Source: an uncultured Chloroflexia bacterium
GTDB taxonomy: Bacteria; Chloroflexota; Limnocylindria; Limnocylindrales; CSP1-4
DNA: 64,000 bases
Reading direction: 5' to 3'
Assembly (NCBI GenBank): GCA_963746845.1
Contig: CAVVCZ010000004.1
Coordinates: 896,001 to 960,000 of the forward strand
A model generated the notes under the pieces. The model saw nothing but the letters and a program-made list of their open reading frames with translations. It was not told where the DNA came from and did not search any database. Within the stretch, counting starts at the first letter, position 1. Every line of letters begins with the position of its first letter. The position numbers and the translations under genes are program-made. Shown in pieces: positions 10,144 to 19,333 of the stretch.

Positions 10144-10170
10144 GGACCAATTCGTCGGGACCAGTCCGTC
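10144..10170. promoter_or_regulatory. Tandem 13-bp operator-like repeat upstream of the ATPase promoter
   Basis: GGACCAATTCGTC (10144-10156) and GGACCAGTCCGTC (10158-10170), upstream of TAGCAT -10 at 10106-10111. Confidence 0.45.
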
Positions 10171-10243
10171 CCTGCGCCGCGGGACCGGGCCGGCATCGAG
10201 CGCAGAAGGTCATCAAGACGCCCCGGGTCGCCTTGTCTCTCTC

Positions 10244-11560
10244 CTACATCCCCGTCCGGGCCATCCGCCAGATGGCCCGGACCGTCGGCCGCTGGCCGTA
10301 CAGGAGCACGCCGGCCGCGTAGATCCGGGCCGCGATCCACAGTGCGGTCGCGATCGCGACCGCCAGGAGCACGATCGCCAGCATGACCTCGGGCACCGAC
10401 GCCGCACCCGCCGACACGCGGCCCAGGACCATGAATGGACTGACGAACGGGACGAAGGCGAGGAAGGCGATCCAGCCGTCGCGCATGTTCAGGAGACCCG
10501 TCGAAGCATAGACGGCGACGAGATACGCCCCGGTCGAGATGATCGCAAGCGGCATGACGGCCGCCTGGACGTCCTCCTGGCGGCTGACCAACGAACCCGC
10601 GGCCGCGTACAGCACGCCATACAGCAGGAAGCCCAGGACCCCGAACACGCCGAGCAGGAGCAGCAAGCCGAGGGTGAGCCCCGCCGGCAGCGCGGTGCCG
10701 GTGCCCGTCTCGCCCAGGACGGCACTCGCGACCGGGCCCTCGACAAGGAGCGCGATGGCGCCCGCTCCGAGGATGGCCGCGTATTGAGTCAGGGCCACGG
10801 CACCGACGCCGAGAACCTTGCCGCTCAGCAGCTGGAACGGCGTGGTGGCGTTGAGGACGACCTCCATGACCCGCGAGGATTTCTCCTCGACCACGCTCAT
10901 CGCAATCCAGTTCCCGTACAGGATGATGAGCATGAAGATGAGGATCGTGAGGCCGATCCCGAGCAGCCAGTCGGCACCGGTCTGGGCGGCGTCGGGGCCG
11001 GGGCCCGTCCGCGCGGGGTCAGGCCAGCTCACGGTCAGCTGCGCAGGCCGGAACAGGGACGCCGCCTGGCCCGGGTCGACGCCGAGTCGGTCCAGCCGAT
11101 CGGCGATGGCGATCGTCGTGGTCGCCAGGAGCGCCGTCCGGTTGGCCCCGGGGTCGTCGCTGTACAGCGTGAACCGTAGCTCACCGTCGGTCGCGCGGTC
11201 GATCGCCAGGACCGCGGCAAGGCGGCCGTCGACGACGTCCTGCCGGGCGCGGGCCAGGTCCGCTACGCGGGTCACGGTGAAGTCGGTGCCGGCAGCGGAA
11301 TCGGCGGATGCCTGCCCCGTCGGTGCGTTCAGGATGGCCGTGAGCGATGCGACGGGATCCGCGGCCATGTCGCTCGCCGCGACGAAGACCCCGATCTCCT
11401 GGGTCTCGGTCCGGTCGATGTAGCGAGTGATGACCGGCAGCAGCGCCACGGCAACAATCGCCAAGGCGAGGATGACCGTGCCCAGGACGAAGCTCCTGGT
11501 CCGGACCCGGACGACATACTCACGTCGGGCGATGGTGGCGATGGTCGACAGGTTGGTCAT
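10244..11560 (-). CDS. ABC-2 exporter permease (NatB/YhaP-like)
   Basis: IARREY, VVEEKSSRVMEVVL, LLSGKVLG, six TM segments. Confidence 0.9.
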   Translation of the reverse strand: MTNLSTIATIARREYVVRVRTRSFVLGTVILALAIVAVALLPVITRYIDRTETQEIGVFVAASDMAADPVASLTAILNAPTGQASADSAAGTDFTVTRVADLARARQDVVDGRLAAVLAIDRATDGELRFTLYSDDPGANRTALLATTTIAIADRLDRLGVDPGQAASLFRPAQLTVSWPDPARTGPGPDAAQTGADWLLGIGLTILIFMLIILYGNWIAMSVVEEKSSRVMEVVLNATTPFQLLSGKVLGVGAVALTQYAAILGAGAIALLVEGPVASAVLGETGTGTALPAGLTLGLLLLLGVFGVLGFLLYGVLYAAAGSLVSRQEDVQAAVMPLAIISTGAYLVAVYASTGLLNMRDGWIAFLAFVPFVSPFMVLGRVSAGAASVPEVMLAIVLLAVAIATALWIAARIYAAGVLLYGQRPTVRAIWRMARTGM

Positions 11561-12534
11561 GACGGAACCTCGGGCCTCGCCAGGGTCGTCGCTTCCCGCT
11601 CGAGGGCCCCGACCCGTTCCACGAAGACCTCCTCGAGCGACGGATCGGCGACTTCGAACCGCAGCACATCGCCCCCGTGATCGATCGCGGCGTGCAGGAG
11701 CTCCTGGGGATCGCCGCCTGAGTCGACGTTGACCTCGGTGTAGTCCTCGCCCTGGCGGGTCACGACGACGTGCGGGAGCGATCGCAGCCAGGTGAGGTCT
11801 CCGTCACGACTCGTGGCCAGCCGGACCGTCTGCCGCCCCGTCGACCGCTTCACCTCTCGGGTCGGCCCCGCCGTGACGATCGTCCCGTGGTCGATGATCG
11901 CCACGGATTCGCACAGCTCCTCCGCCATGTCGAGCTGATGGGTGCTGAAGACGAGCGTCTTGCCGCGGTCGCGCATCTCGAGGAGCGCGGCCTTGAGGAG
12001 CAGGACGTTGACTGGATCGAGACCGACGAACGGCTCGTCCATCAGGATCACATCAGGGTCGTGGAGCACGGTCGCGATGAACTGGACCTTCTGCTGATTG
12101 CCCTTCGACAGGCTCTCGGCCCGGCGCTCGGCGGCATCGGCGATCCGGAACCGAGCGAGCCAGTCGAGCGCGTCCGAGCGGGCCTTCGACCGGGACACTC
12201 CGTACAGCGAGGCGTAATAGACCAGCTGATCGAGGACGGGCATGCGGAGGTAGAGACCGCGTTCTTCCGGCATGTAGCCCCACGTGCGGCGCGGCCAGCT
12301 CTTCGCTTCCCGATCGTTCCAGGTGACCGTGCCCTCGTCCGCGTGAAGAAACCCCAGCGCGATCCGCATCGTGGTCGTCTTGCCGGCGCCGTTGGCACCG
12401 AGGAATCCGAAGACCTCGCCTTGACGGACTTCGAAGGTCACGCCGTCGAGCGCCTGGACCTCGCCGAACCGCTTGCGCAAGCCGTCGATCTTGAGCACGA
12501 GTCCAGTGTCCGAGGGCGCCACCGGTCCGGACAA
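11557..12534 (-). CDS. ABC exporter ATP-binding subunit (NatA/YhaQ-like)
   Basis: GANGAGKTT, LSKGNQQK, ILMDEPFVGLDP, PSLEEVF. Confidence 0.92.
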   Translation of the reverse strand: MSGPVAPSDTGLVLKIDGLRKRFGEVQALDGVTFEVRQGEVFGFLGANGAGKTTTMRIALGFLHADEGTVTWNDREAKSWPRRTWGYMPEERGLYLRMPVLDQLVYYASLYGVSRSKARSDALDWLARFRIADAAERRAESLSKGNQQKVQFIATVLHDPDVILMDEPFVGLDPVNVLLLKAALLEMRDRGKTLVFSTHQLDMAEELCESVAIIDHGTIVTAGPTREVKRSTGRQTVRLATSRDGDLTWLRSLPHVVVTRQGEDYTEVNVDSGGDPQELLHAAIDHGGDVLRFEVADPSLEEVFVERVGALEREATTLARPEVPS

Positions 12535-12697
12535 GGTCCGTTCGGCCCAATCGCCGAAGCCCGTCGGTCCCGACGTTCCGCTCCGGCCGCGGGCCCAATC
12601 CGGCGCACGCGCGTTGCGACATTCAGGTCGCTGATCCCGAAGACCTCAGCGGTCCGCCGGTGGCTCCGGGGCCACGACTTCTCGATCTACCAACGTT

Positions 12698-12753
12698 TGG
12701 TGCCGGAGGCGAGATTCGAACTCGCAAGGTGTCTCCACCAGCGGTGTTTAAGA
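12698..12753 (-). repeat. att site: duplicated 3' 56 nt of tRNA-Leu(UAA)
   Basis: Matches 15528-15583 with one mismatch; identity ends in the anticodon loop; no 5' half of the tRNA. Confidence 0.92.
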
Positions 12754-12942
12754 GCGGGTTGTTTCAGCTCGGCCCGAGCGACGGTCTAGCTGTCACACGT
12801 AGCCGACGCGCGGAGCGGCGGGTCACTCGGCAGCCCAGACGCTCGCGATCACCTGGCGGTTACGCCCGACCTCGGCGCCGGGGATCGTCGCCCACGTGAT
12901 CAGCCAGGCGGCGAGGCCGTCACCGGGCGGCCCGGCTCGACT

Positions 12943-13979
12943 TCAGGGCTTCCGGACGATGTCGTCGGGGACGTTGTCGAGCACCGAGGCCGCGCCGTTC
13001 AGCGTGAGATGGCCACCGATCCAGAGGAAGACACCGCCCCCCTGGGCAGCCCGGTTGTGATGGACCGAGGCCGAAATCGTTGAGCACGGCGTCGGCCATG
13101 GCGAGCCAGATGCCGCCGCCGCCCTCGGCGACGTCGCTGTCTCCGGTCGCGGTGTTGTCGTGGACCGAGCTCGTGCCGTTGAGGATCAGGGGCCCGGACT
13201 CGCTGACCTCGATGCCGCCGCCGGAGGTTGCGCTGTTGTGATCGACGGAGCTCGCGCCATCGAGCTCGATCGGCTCGGCATGGGTAGCGAAGATGCCGCC
13301 GCCGTCGCCGGTCGTCGTGTTGGCCGTCACGATGCTGTCCCGGAGGGTCACGCCGCCGTCAAAGACGCTGATGCCGCCGCCAGTGTTTCCGATGATCGTC
13401 GATCGGATCAGCATCAGCTTGCCCTGGAACCCGACCCCGACGCCGACGCCAGTGTTGTGGCTTATCGTGGAATCGAGGATCGTCAGCATGGCCAGAGGGT
13501 CCTCGCTGGTGGGCCTGTCCGTCCGAGACCCCGCCGCCACCGTTGTTTCGGATGACATCGCGGACGAGGGTCAGGGAGCCGTGGTTGGTGATCCCGCCAC
13601 CGGGTGTCCCCAGCCCGTTCGCGATGGTCAGGCTCCGGATCGTGACGGTCACGCCCCCCGCAACGGTCACGACCGAGCCGGCCCGTTGGCCGTCGAGGAT
13701 CGGCCGACCGAAGTGGGTACTGCGCATGCCGACGATCGTGAGGTTCTTCGGGATGGTCGTCGTCCCCTGGCAGGTGCCATAGACGAGGAGCGTGTCGCCC
13801 GCCCGGGCGCGATTGACGGCCCACTGGAGGCGGGAGTGCCGCGCCGCGCTGCGGACGTCCACCACCCGACACTTCGGCGTGCTGGCTGACGCCACGGACA
13901 CTGCCGCAGGCACCATGGCGAACGCCAGCGCGCCGGCCAACGCCAGACTCACGCGCACGGCGCGTGGACGGGATGTCAT
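12943..13979 (-). pseudogene. Secreted parallel beta-helix (Pmp/pectin-lyase-like) repeat protein, two frameshifts (~13500, ~13070)
   Basis: GGAG RBS, signal peptide MTSRPRAVRVSLALAGALA...ASA, repeated N-x-x-x-GGGI motifs continuing across three frames; pseudogene or sequencing error. Confidence 0.7.
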
Positions 13980-14158
13980 CTCCTGCCTCCATCGCCTTCC
14001 GGCGAGGCGGTACAGGCCTCGCCCACCCGAACGACCTCCGTCTTCGGGCCCGAATGAGACGCGAGAACCGCCCCATCGTTGCACCTTCACGTCTGAGGAT
14101 CGTCTCGGCCCGCCACGGTGCGGTTGCGGACGCGGTCGCGTCGTGTAGCGTCTGGGCT

Positions 14159-14185
14159 GGTCGCCGAGTACCGGCGCGCGACCCC
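14159..14185 (+). promoter_or_regulatory. Conserved 27-nt structured leader, copy 1
   Basis: GGTCGCCGAGTACCGGCGCGCGACCCC identical to 14874-14900; begins 7 nt after TAGCGT (-10, 14146-14151) with TTGCGG at 14124-14129. Confidence 0.7.
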
Positions 14186-14203
14186 ATCGGAGGAGGTCGC
14201 CCG

Positions 14204-14434
14204 ATGTCTCGACGATCCGCCCGGAACGGATCCACCAGGCACATCGCGCCGGCACGGTGCAGCGCCTCATCGGCGAGGGCGAGCTCCCGGAGCGCGCGGA
14301 GGCGCTGGTGGCTTGCTGGGAGACGTACGCAGCCGCCGACGGTCTCGAGCGCGAACGGGCGGTGGTGGGAGGCGGGCTGGGCGTGGATGCACGCCCAACG
14401 CGCGGAACGTCACGCCGACGTAGCGTCGTTGTAA
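14204..14434 (+). pseudogene. Small unknown protein, paralogue A (two compensating indels)
   Basis: Reconstructed MSRRSxPERIHQAHRAGTVQRLIGEGELPERAEALVACWETYAAADGLERDGRWWEAGWAWM; clear homology to 14920 onwards. Confidence 0.65.
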
Positions 14435-14472
14435 GGTCGAGCGCAAGGTCGTCGCGGCAACATCTGTGGGCC

Positions 14473-14721
14473 ATGTACCAGTCAGGCGTGCATCCCGCGG
14501 TTGCTCGCGATCGTGCCCGACGGGCGATCGCCACCGCTCGGGCGCGCGTGGTCGAGCGGCTCGTTCGCGACGGCATGCCGTCACGGACCGCGGAGCCGCT
14601 GGTGGACGAGTGGCTTCGGAGCACCGACATGCTGGTGGACTTCCGGGCGGCTCCGGACTTCTGGCATCTCGCCTACCAGTTCGCGCTGGAGGAATACCGC
14701 CGCCGGGACACGGCCGGCTAG
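14473..14721 (+). CDS. Small unknown protein, diverged paralogue B (82 aa)
   Basis: ARARVVERLVRDGMPSRTAEPLVDEW...DFWHLAYQF aligns with RAGTVQRLIGEGELPERAEALVACW...RWWEAGWAW. Confidence 0.65.
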   Translation: MYQSGVHPAVARDRARRAIATARARVVERLVRDGMPSRTAEPLVDEWLRSTDMLVDFRAAPDFWHLAYQFALEEYRRRDTAG

Positions 14722-14873
14722 TGTCCGGTCGGAGGACGTAGCACGGCGGGTGGACCGAGTCGTTCGCGCGTCGATCACCCTCCGCTATTCGGGGTAGATA
14801 CGGAGGCGTAACGTTCTCGGCAGCCCCGGAGCGAAGATTTCCCCCCATCTTCGCGCCGCGGGCCTGAGTTCTC

Positions 14874-14900
14874 GGTCGCCGAGTACCGGCGCGCGACCCC
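14874..14900 (+). promoter_or_regulatory. Conserved 27-nt structured leader, copy 2
   Basis: Identical to 14159-14185 and likewise followed by AGGAGGTCGCC. Confidence 0.7.
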
Positions 14901-14919
14901 GTCGTCAGGAGGTCGCCAC

Positions 14920-15462
14920 GTGTCTCGCCCATCGACGCCCGAACCCATCTACCAGGCGCGTCGCGCCGGGACACTCCAGCGCCTGATCGGCGAGGGTGAA
15001 CTGCCGGACCGCGCCGAGCGTCTGGTCGCGCTGTTGGAGGCGGAGACGGCTCGGGACGGCCTCGAGCGGGACGGACGGTATCGACAGGACGATGAACCCG
15101 ACGAACCACAGAAAGATCATCGTGAACGCGATGCCACTGCCGATGGCCGTGCCGGCCTGACAGGCCGCGCGGGTGTTGCCGACCTCCAACCGGCGGCCGC
15201 CAAGAACCTGACCGGTACGTTCGACCACTGGGAACCGGTCGATGACGGTCACGGCCACGCGTACTTCGCGGTCACGAACAACGGTTCGGCTGCCGCCACA
15301 GCTGAATGCACGGTCCAGGTCCGTGACGACTTCGGCGACTTCGGATTCGACTCGCTCGTCGGGGAGACGGTCGAGCCCGGCAAGACGATCACCGGACGCA
15401 TGGCCCTGAGCGTCGGGAAGGGCTCGTTCTTGATCAACAGCGGCTCGGTCACGAACTGCTAA
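14920..15462 (+). CDS. Paralogue C N-terminus (~54 aa) joined to an unrelated beta-rich extracellular-like domain
   Basis: Homology to paralogue A stops at GLERDGRY; C-terminus AYFAVTNNGS...ETVEPGKT...VTNC looks Ig-like. Confidence 0.55.
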   Translation: MSRPSTPEPIYQARRAGTLQRLIGEGELPDRAERLVALLEAETARDGLERDGRYRQDDEPDEPQKDHRERDATADGRAGLTGRAGVADLQPAAAKNLTGTFDHWEPVDDGHGHAYFAVTNNGSAAATAECTVQVRDDFGDFGFDSLVGETVEPGKTITGRMALSVGKGSFLINSGSVTNC

Positions 15463-15527
15463 AGGTCCGATACAGCCACGTGATGTCCGCCAGTGTTCGC
15501 CTGATGATGCCGCGATGCTGCCAATGT

Positions 15528-15614
15528 TGGTGCCGGAGGCGAGATTCGAACTCGCAAGGTGTCACCACCAGCGGTGTTTAAGACCGCCGCGTCTGCCTGT
15601 TCCGCCACTCCGGC
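15528..15614 (-). tRNA. tRNA-Leu(TAA)
   Basis: GCCGGAG...GCGGT-CTTAAAC-ACCGC, long variable arm, GTTCGAAT, CCA end. Confidence 0.96.
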
Positions 15615-15679
15615 CCGGCGATCATCGTAGACGCCGGCCGGCGGCGGTCGGCGACGGCGGCGCATGGCATCCTGACGCC

Positions 15680-16336
15680 GTGTACGTCCCCGATCACTTC
15701 CGCCCGACCGACGACGACGTCCGGCGGCTGCTCGCCAACCTCGACGCGGCGGACCTGATCGCGCCGACCGCGGACGGCCTGCTCGCGACGTTCCTGCCGC
15801 TGATCTTCGAGGCTCCCGGCGCCTCGCCCGAGGCCGGCGAGCACGGTCGCCTGATGGGCCATGTGGCGCGGAACAACCGACAGTGGAAGACGCCCGCGAC
15901 CGGCGAGGCGCTCGTCATCGTCCGCGGCCCGGAGGCGTACATCTCGCCGGCCTGGTACGCCACCAAGCGGGAGCACGGCCGCGTCGTCCCGACCTGGAAC
16001 TACATCACGGCCCATGTCCATGGACGGCTCGTCGTCCACGACGACCGCGACTGGATCGAGCGGAACGTCCGGGCCCTGGTCGACCGGCACGAGGGCACCC
16101 GGCCCGAGCCGTGGTCGGTCGACGACGCGCCGGTCGAGTACATCGAGGGCCAGCTCCGGGCGATCGTCGGCGTCGAGGTCGTGATCAGCCGGATCGAGGC
16201 GAAGGTGAAGCTGAGCCAGAACCGATCGAATGCCGACGTCGAGGGCGCGATCGACGGGCTCGAGGGGGTCGGTGACGCACGCTCCCTGGCGACGGCGGCC
16301 GCGATGCGCGCGACGGAGGACGTCCGGGGCCGCTAG
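15680..16336 (+). CDS. FMN-binding negative transcriptional regulator (PaiB family)
   Basis: MYVPDHF, GHVARNN, AYISPAWY, VPTWNY, KLSQNR. Confidence 0.92.
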   Translation: MYVPDHFRPTDDDVRRLLANLDAADLIAPTADGLLATFLPLIFEAPGASPEAGEHGRLMGHVARNNRQWKTPATGEALVIVRGPEAYISPAWYATKREHGRVVPTWNYITAHVHGRLVVHDDRDWIERNVRALVDRHEGTRPEPWSVDDAPVEYIEGQLRAIVGVEVVISRIEAKVKLSQNRSNADVEGAIDGLEGVGDARSLATAAAMRATEDVRGR

Positions 16337-16758
16337 GACCGTTCGAGCGCGATCACGGGGAGCTCCCGGTGGGTCATCGTCTCGTATCGTGCGAAGACGG
16401 GCAGGGCGGCCTTGTGCGCCGCCCAGAGCCGCTCTCGCTCCGCGCCGGACGTGATCCGGGCGAGCGCCGGGAACGTCTCGGTCCCGACCTCGACGACGAC
16501 ATGGGGATCAGCGCGGATGTTGGCCACCCAGGCCGGATCGTGGGCGTGGCCGCTGTTGGATCCGACGACGACCCAGCGGTCGGCATCGCTGGTGTAGCCG
16601 AGCGGCGTCACGCGTGGCTCACCGGACCGGGCCCCGGTCGTGGTGAGAAGCAGCACGTTCGCACCCTTGAGCGGTCCCTGGGTGATCTCTCCGTCATGAG
16701 CCCGGAAGTCCGCCAGGTGGGTCTCGTTCCAGTCGACTTCGGACGCGGGGATCGGCAT
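16333..16758 (-). CDS. Deazaflavin (F420)-dependent nitroreductase/quinone reductase family protein
   Basis: LLLTTTGARSGEPRVTPL, P.W..N..A.P, YE..T.RELPV. Confidence 0.88.
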   Translation of the reverse strand: MPIPASEVDWNETHLADFRAHDGEITQGPLKGANVLLLTTTGARSGEPRVTPLGYTSDADRWVVVGSNSGHAHDPAWVANIRADPHVVVEVGTETFPALARITSGAERERLWAAHKAALPVFARYETMTHRELPVIALERS

Positions 16759-16821
16759 CCCGTGATGCTACCAGTGTCCGTTGCCCGAGCAACGATCCGT
16801 GCCGAGCCGGCGCCGGGCTGC

Positions 16822-18639
16822 TCACCGGTCCTGGCTGAGGATCACCACCGAATACGGCCCGAGGCCCACGGCGATCCGCTGCGCCATGCCGTCGTGCTCG
16901 ACCGGCTCGCTGTCGGCATCGAGCGAGTCGATCGTCTCGAAGTCCGGGTCGTAGCCGTCCCAATCGCTGTTGAACCGGACTCGCCAGCGGCCGGCCCGCG
17001 GCACCCCGACGTGGTAGGCCGGGTAGGCGTTCGCGGAGAAGCTCGCCAGGACGATCACGTCGTCGCGCGGCCCGCCGTCCAGCCAGCGGTGCCAGCCGAG
17101 GACCTTCGCGTCCTCGTTCACGTGATGGACCTGGACGTGCTCCCCGCGCAGGCCCCGCGACACGTCCGCGGTGTTGCGGCGCAATGCGATCAGGTCCCGG
17201 TGGAGACGGAGCAGGCCCGCATGGCGATGGCGGAGCGACCAGTCGAGCCCGTCCTCGTCGTTGAACCACGAGCCCTCGACGACCTCCTGGCCCTGGAAGA
17301 GCATCGGGATCCCGGGGCTCGTCAGGACGATCGCGCCGCCGAGGGTCGACCGCTTCTTCGATGCCCAGGAGTCGGCGTAGCCGGGCCAGATCTCCTCGGG
17401 CACGCGAGCCTGGCCGTTCGCATCCTCGTCGTGCGACTCCGTGTAGATCAGCCGCCGGAACCCCTCCCCCGCCCCGTCGGAGATCACGGTGGCAACGGAC
17501 GCGATGTCGCGGTGGGCGTCATCGGAGGCGATCAGGGCCGTCCGGATGTAGTGGACGAAGGCACCGTCCCACTGCGACCCGAACCCCGCGCCTCCCTCCT
17601 TGGACGAGGTCACGATCGCGAGGTCCTCGCGGAGATCCTCGGCGATGGTCAGCCGGCCCGGGAACCGCTGAGCGATCTCCGCGTTGACGTCCGCCATGAA
17701 CCGCCAGCCGTCCGCGATCCGGTCGGAACCGCGGTTGCCGGAGCCGGTGATGCTGGAGATCCAGGCCGTCGCGTCCCAGCGCAGCCCGTCGATCCGGAAC
17801 TCCTCGAGCCATTGGATCGCGCTGTCCCGGAGGAAGGCCCGGACCTCGGCCCGGCCGTAGTCGGGCCGCGTGTCGCCCCACGGCGTGGTCGATCGGCCGT
17901 CCTCGTAGAAGTAGATCCCGCCCTTCCCGGCCTCCGACCAGCCGTCGAACTGCCAGATGTCCAGGTCCGATGGACCGAGGTGGTTGTAGACGACGTCGAG
18001 GATCACCGCGATCCCGGCGGCGTGTGCGTCGCGAACGAGGGCCTTGAGATCGTCAGGAGCGCCATACGTGCTCTCGACCGCGAACGGGTAAGCGGTGTTG
18101 TAGCCCCACGAGCGGTCGCCGGCGAACTCGAACGGCGGCATCAGCTGGATCGCCCCGACCCCGAGCTCGCGCAGGTACGGCAGCCGGCGCCGGACGCCGT
18201 CGAGCGTGCCCGGGCGTCCGTGCACGCCCTCGCTGAACGTCCCGACGTGAAGCTCGTAGATGACCAGGTCGTTCCAGGGCGGCTGGTGGAACTCGGCGTC
18301 GCCCCAGTCGAATGCGGCCGGGTCGTAGACGATCGCGTTGCCGACGGAGTTCGTGAGCCGCCGGGCTCGCGGATCGATCCGGTTGCGCTCGCCGGCCGGG
18401 GTCTGGAGGACGAACCGGTACTCGTCGCCGGCCCGGGCGTCGGCCACCTCGGTCGACCAGGTCTCGGCGGTCCCGTCGGCGTCGCGCGTGAGCGGATTCC
18501 GAGCGGCATCCCAGTCGTTGAACGTGCCCACGACGGCGACCGCCGTCGCGTGCGGCGCCCACACCCGGAAGGTCGTCCCGCCGTCGTGCGGGAGCGCGCC
18601 CATGCCGGCCCGCGGCGAGGCCCGGACGCGCGGCCTCAC
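16822..18639 (-). CDS. GH13 alpha-amylase family enzyme with CBM48 (glucan branching/TreZ-like)
   Basis: FRVWAPHA, IYELHVGTF, ILDVVYNH, DGLRWDA, IAED, ESHDE; GTG overlaps upstream stop. Confidence 0.9.
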   Translation of the reverse strand: MRPRVRASPRAGMGALPHDGGTTFRVWAPHATAVAVVGTFNDWDAARNPLTRDADGTAETWSTEVADARAGDEYRFVLQTPAGERNRIDPRARRLTNSVGNAIVYDPAAFDWGDAEFHQPPWNDLVIYELHVGTFSEGVHGRPGTLDGVRRRLPYLRELGVGAIQLMPPFEFAGDRSWGYNTAYPFAVESTYGAPDDLKALVRDAHAAGIAVILDVVYNHLGPSDLDIWQFDGWSEAGKGGIYFYEDGRSTTPWGDTRPDYGRAEVRAFLRDSAIQWLEEFRIDGLRWDATAWISSITGSGNRGSDRIADGWRFMADVNAEIAQRFPGRLTIAEDLREDLAIVTSSKEGGAGFGSQWDGAFVHYIRTALIASDDAHRDIASVATVISDGAGEGFRRLIYTESHDEDANGQARVPEEIWPGYADSWASKKRSTLGGAIVLTSPGIPMLFQGQEVVEGSWFNDEDGLDWSLRHRHAGLLRLHRDLIALRRNTADVSRGLRGEHVQVHHVNEDAKVLGWHRWLDGGPRDDVIVLASFSANAYPAYHVGVPRAGRWRVRFNSDWDGYDPDFETIDSLDADSEPVEHDGMAQRIAVGLGPYSVVILSQDR

Positions 18640-19313
18640 TCCGGCGCGGTCGGTGGCACGGCCGTCGGCATCGCGAGGAGCCCCTGGATCCCGAGCCGCC
18701 GCGCGATCAGGGCCTGCGCCGGGAACGCCGTGAACCACAGCAGCTCGGCCGCGATCGGCGACACGAAGACGACCGGGATCGACACCGCGAAGATCAGCGG
18801 GACGACGAGCGCCCGCTCGGTGATCGCCCGGGCGAGCCTCGGGGTGACGGTGTCCGACACGAGGTGGCCGATCTGCGCGGGATAGACCCAGGTCAGCGTC
18901 GACAGCAGCGACGCGACGATCTGGAAGACGGCGTAGAAGATCGCCGCGGACGCCAGCTCGCCGTGCTGGGCCACGACCGACGTCGGGAAGGGGATCAACG
19001 CCACGGCCGCGAGGAACGTCAGGTTCACGACGAGCAGGCGCGTGTCGATCCGGACGATCACCCGGAACGTGCGGAAGTGACCGATCCAGAACGCCGCGAT
19101 GACCGTGAAGCTCAGGACGAACGCCGCGAGTGCCGGGGCAAGGTCGAGGAGGGCGTCGACCAACCCGCGATCGCCGGCCACGGCCAGCGTCTCCGGGATC
19201 CGCAGGTCCAGTGCCAGCAGCGTGATCGAGATCGCGAAGACCGCGTCCGAGAAGAAGACGACCCGCTCGATCGACGACGCGGACGCGGCGTCGCGCTCAG
19301 CCGACGCCGGCAC
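18636..19313 (-). CDS. TMEM175 family K+ channel (DUF1211)
   Basis: ERVVFFSDAVFAISITLLALDL signature, FWIGH, LIPFPT. Confidence 0.9.
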   Translation of the reverse strand: MPASAERDAASASSIERVVFFSDAVFAISITLLALDLRIPETLAVAGDRGLVDALLDLAPALAAFVLSFTVIAAFWIGHFRTFRVIVRIDTRLLVVNLTFLAAVALIPFPTSVVAQHGELASAAIFYAVFQIVASLLSTLTWVYPAQIGHLVSDTVTPRLARAITERALVVPLIFAVSIPVVFVSPIAAELLWFTAFPAQALIARRLGIQGLLAMPTAVPPTAPE

Positions 19314-19333
19314 GGTCGTGTCCAGGGAGCGGA

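Larger units (their letters stand above)
12698..15583. mobile_element. Degenerate tRNA-Leu(UAA)-integrated genomic island, no integrase visible
   Basis: Flanking 56-bp direct repeats; cargo of accessory, duplicated and broken genes. Confidence 0.8.

Noticed and set aside
12698-12753. A ninth tRNA gene
   Set aside because: Lacks the 5' acceptor strand and D arm; it is an att copy
14257-14721. Single 154-aa ORF
   Set aside because: It is read-through of frameshifted paralogue A into paralogue B, which has its own ATG at 14473
14159-14900. CRISPR-like array from the 27-nt repeat
   Set aside because: Only two copies 715 bp apart, each heading a paralogous gene; no cas genes; no CRISPR array seen anywhere in the window
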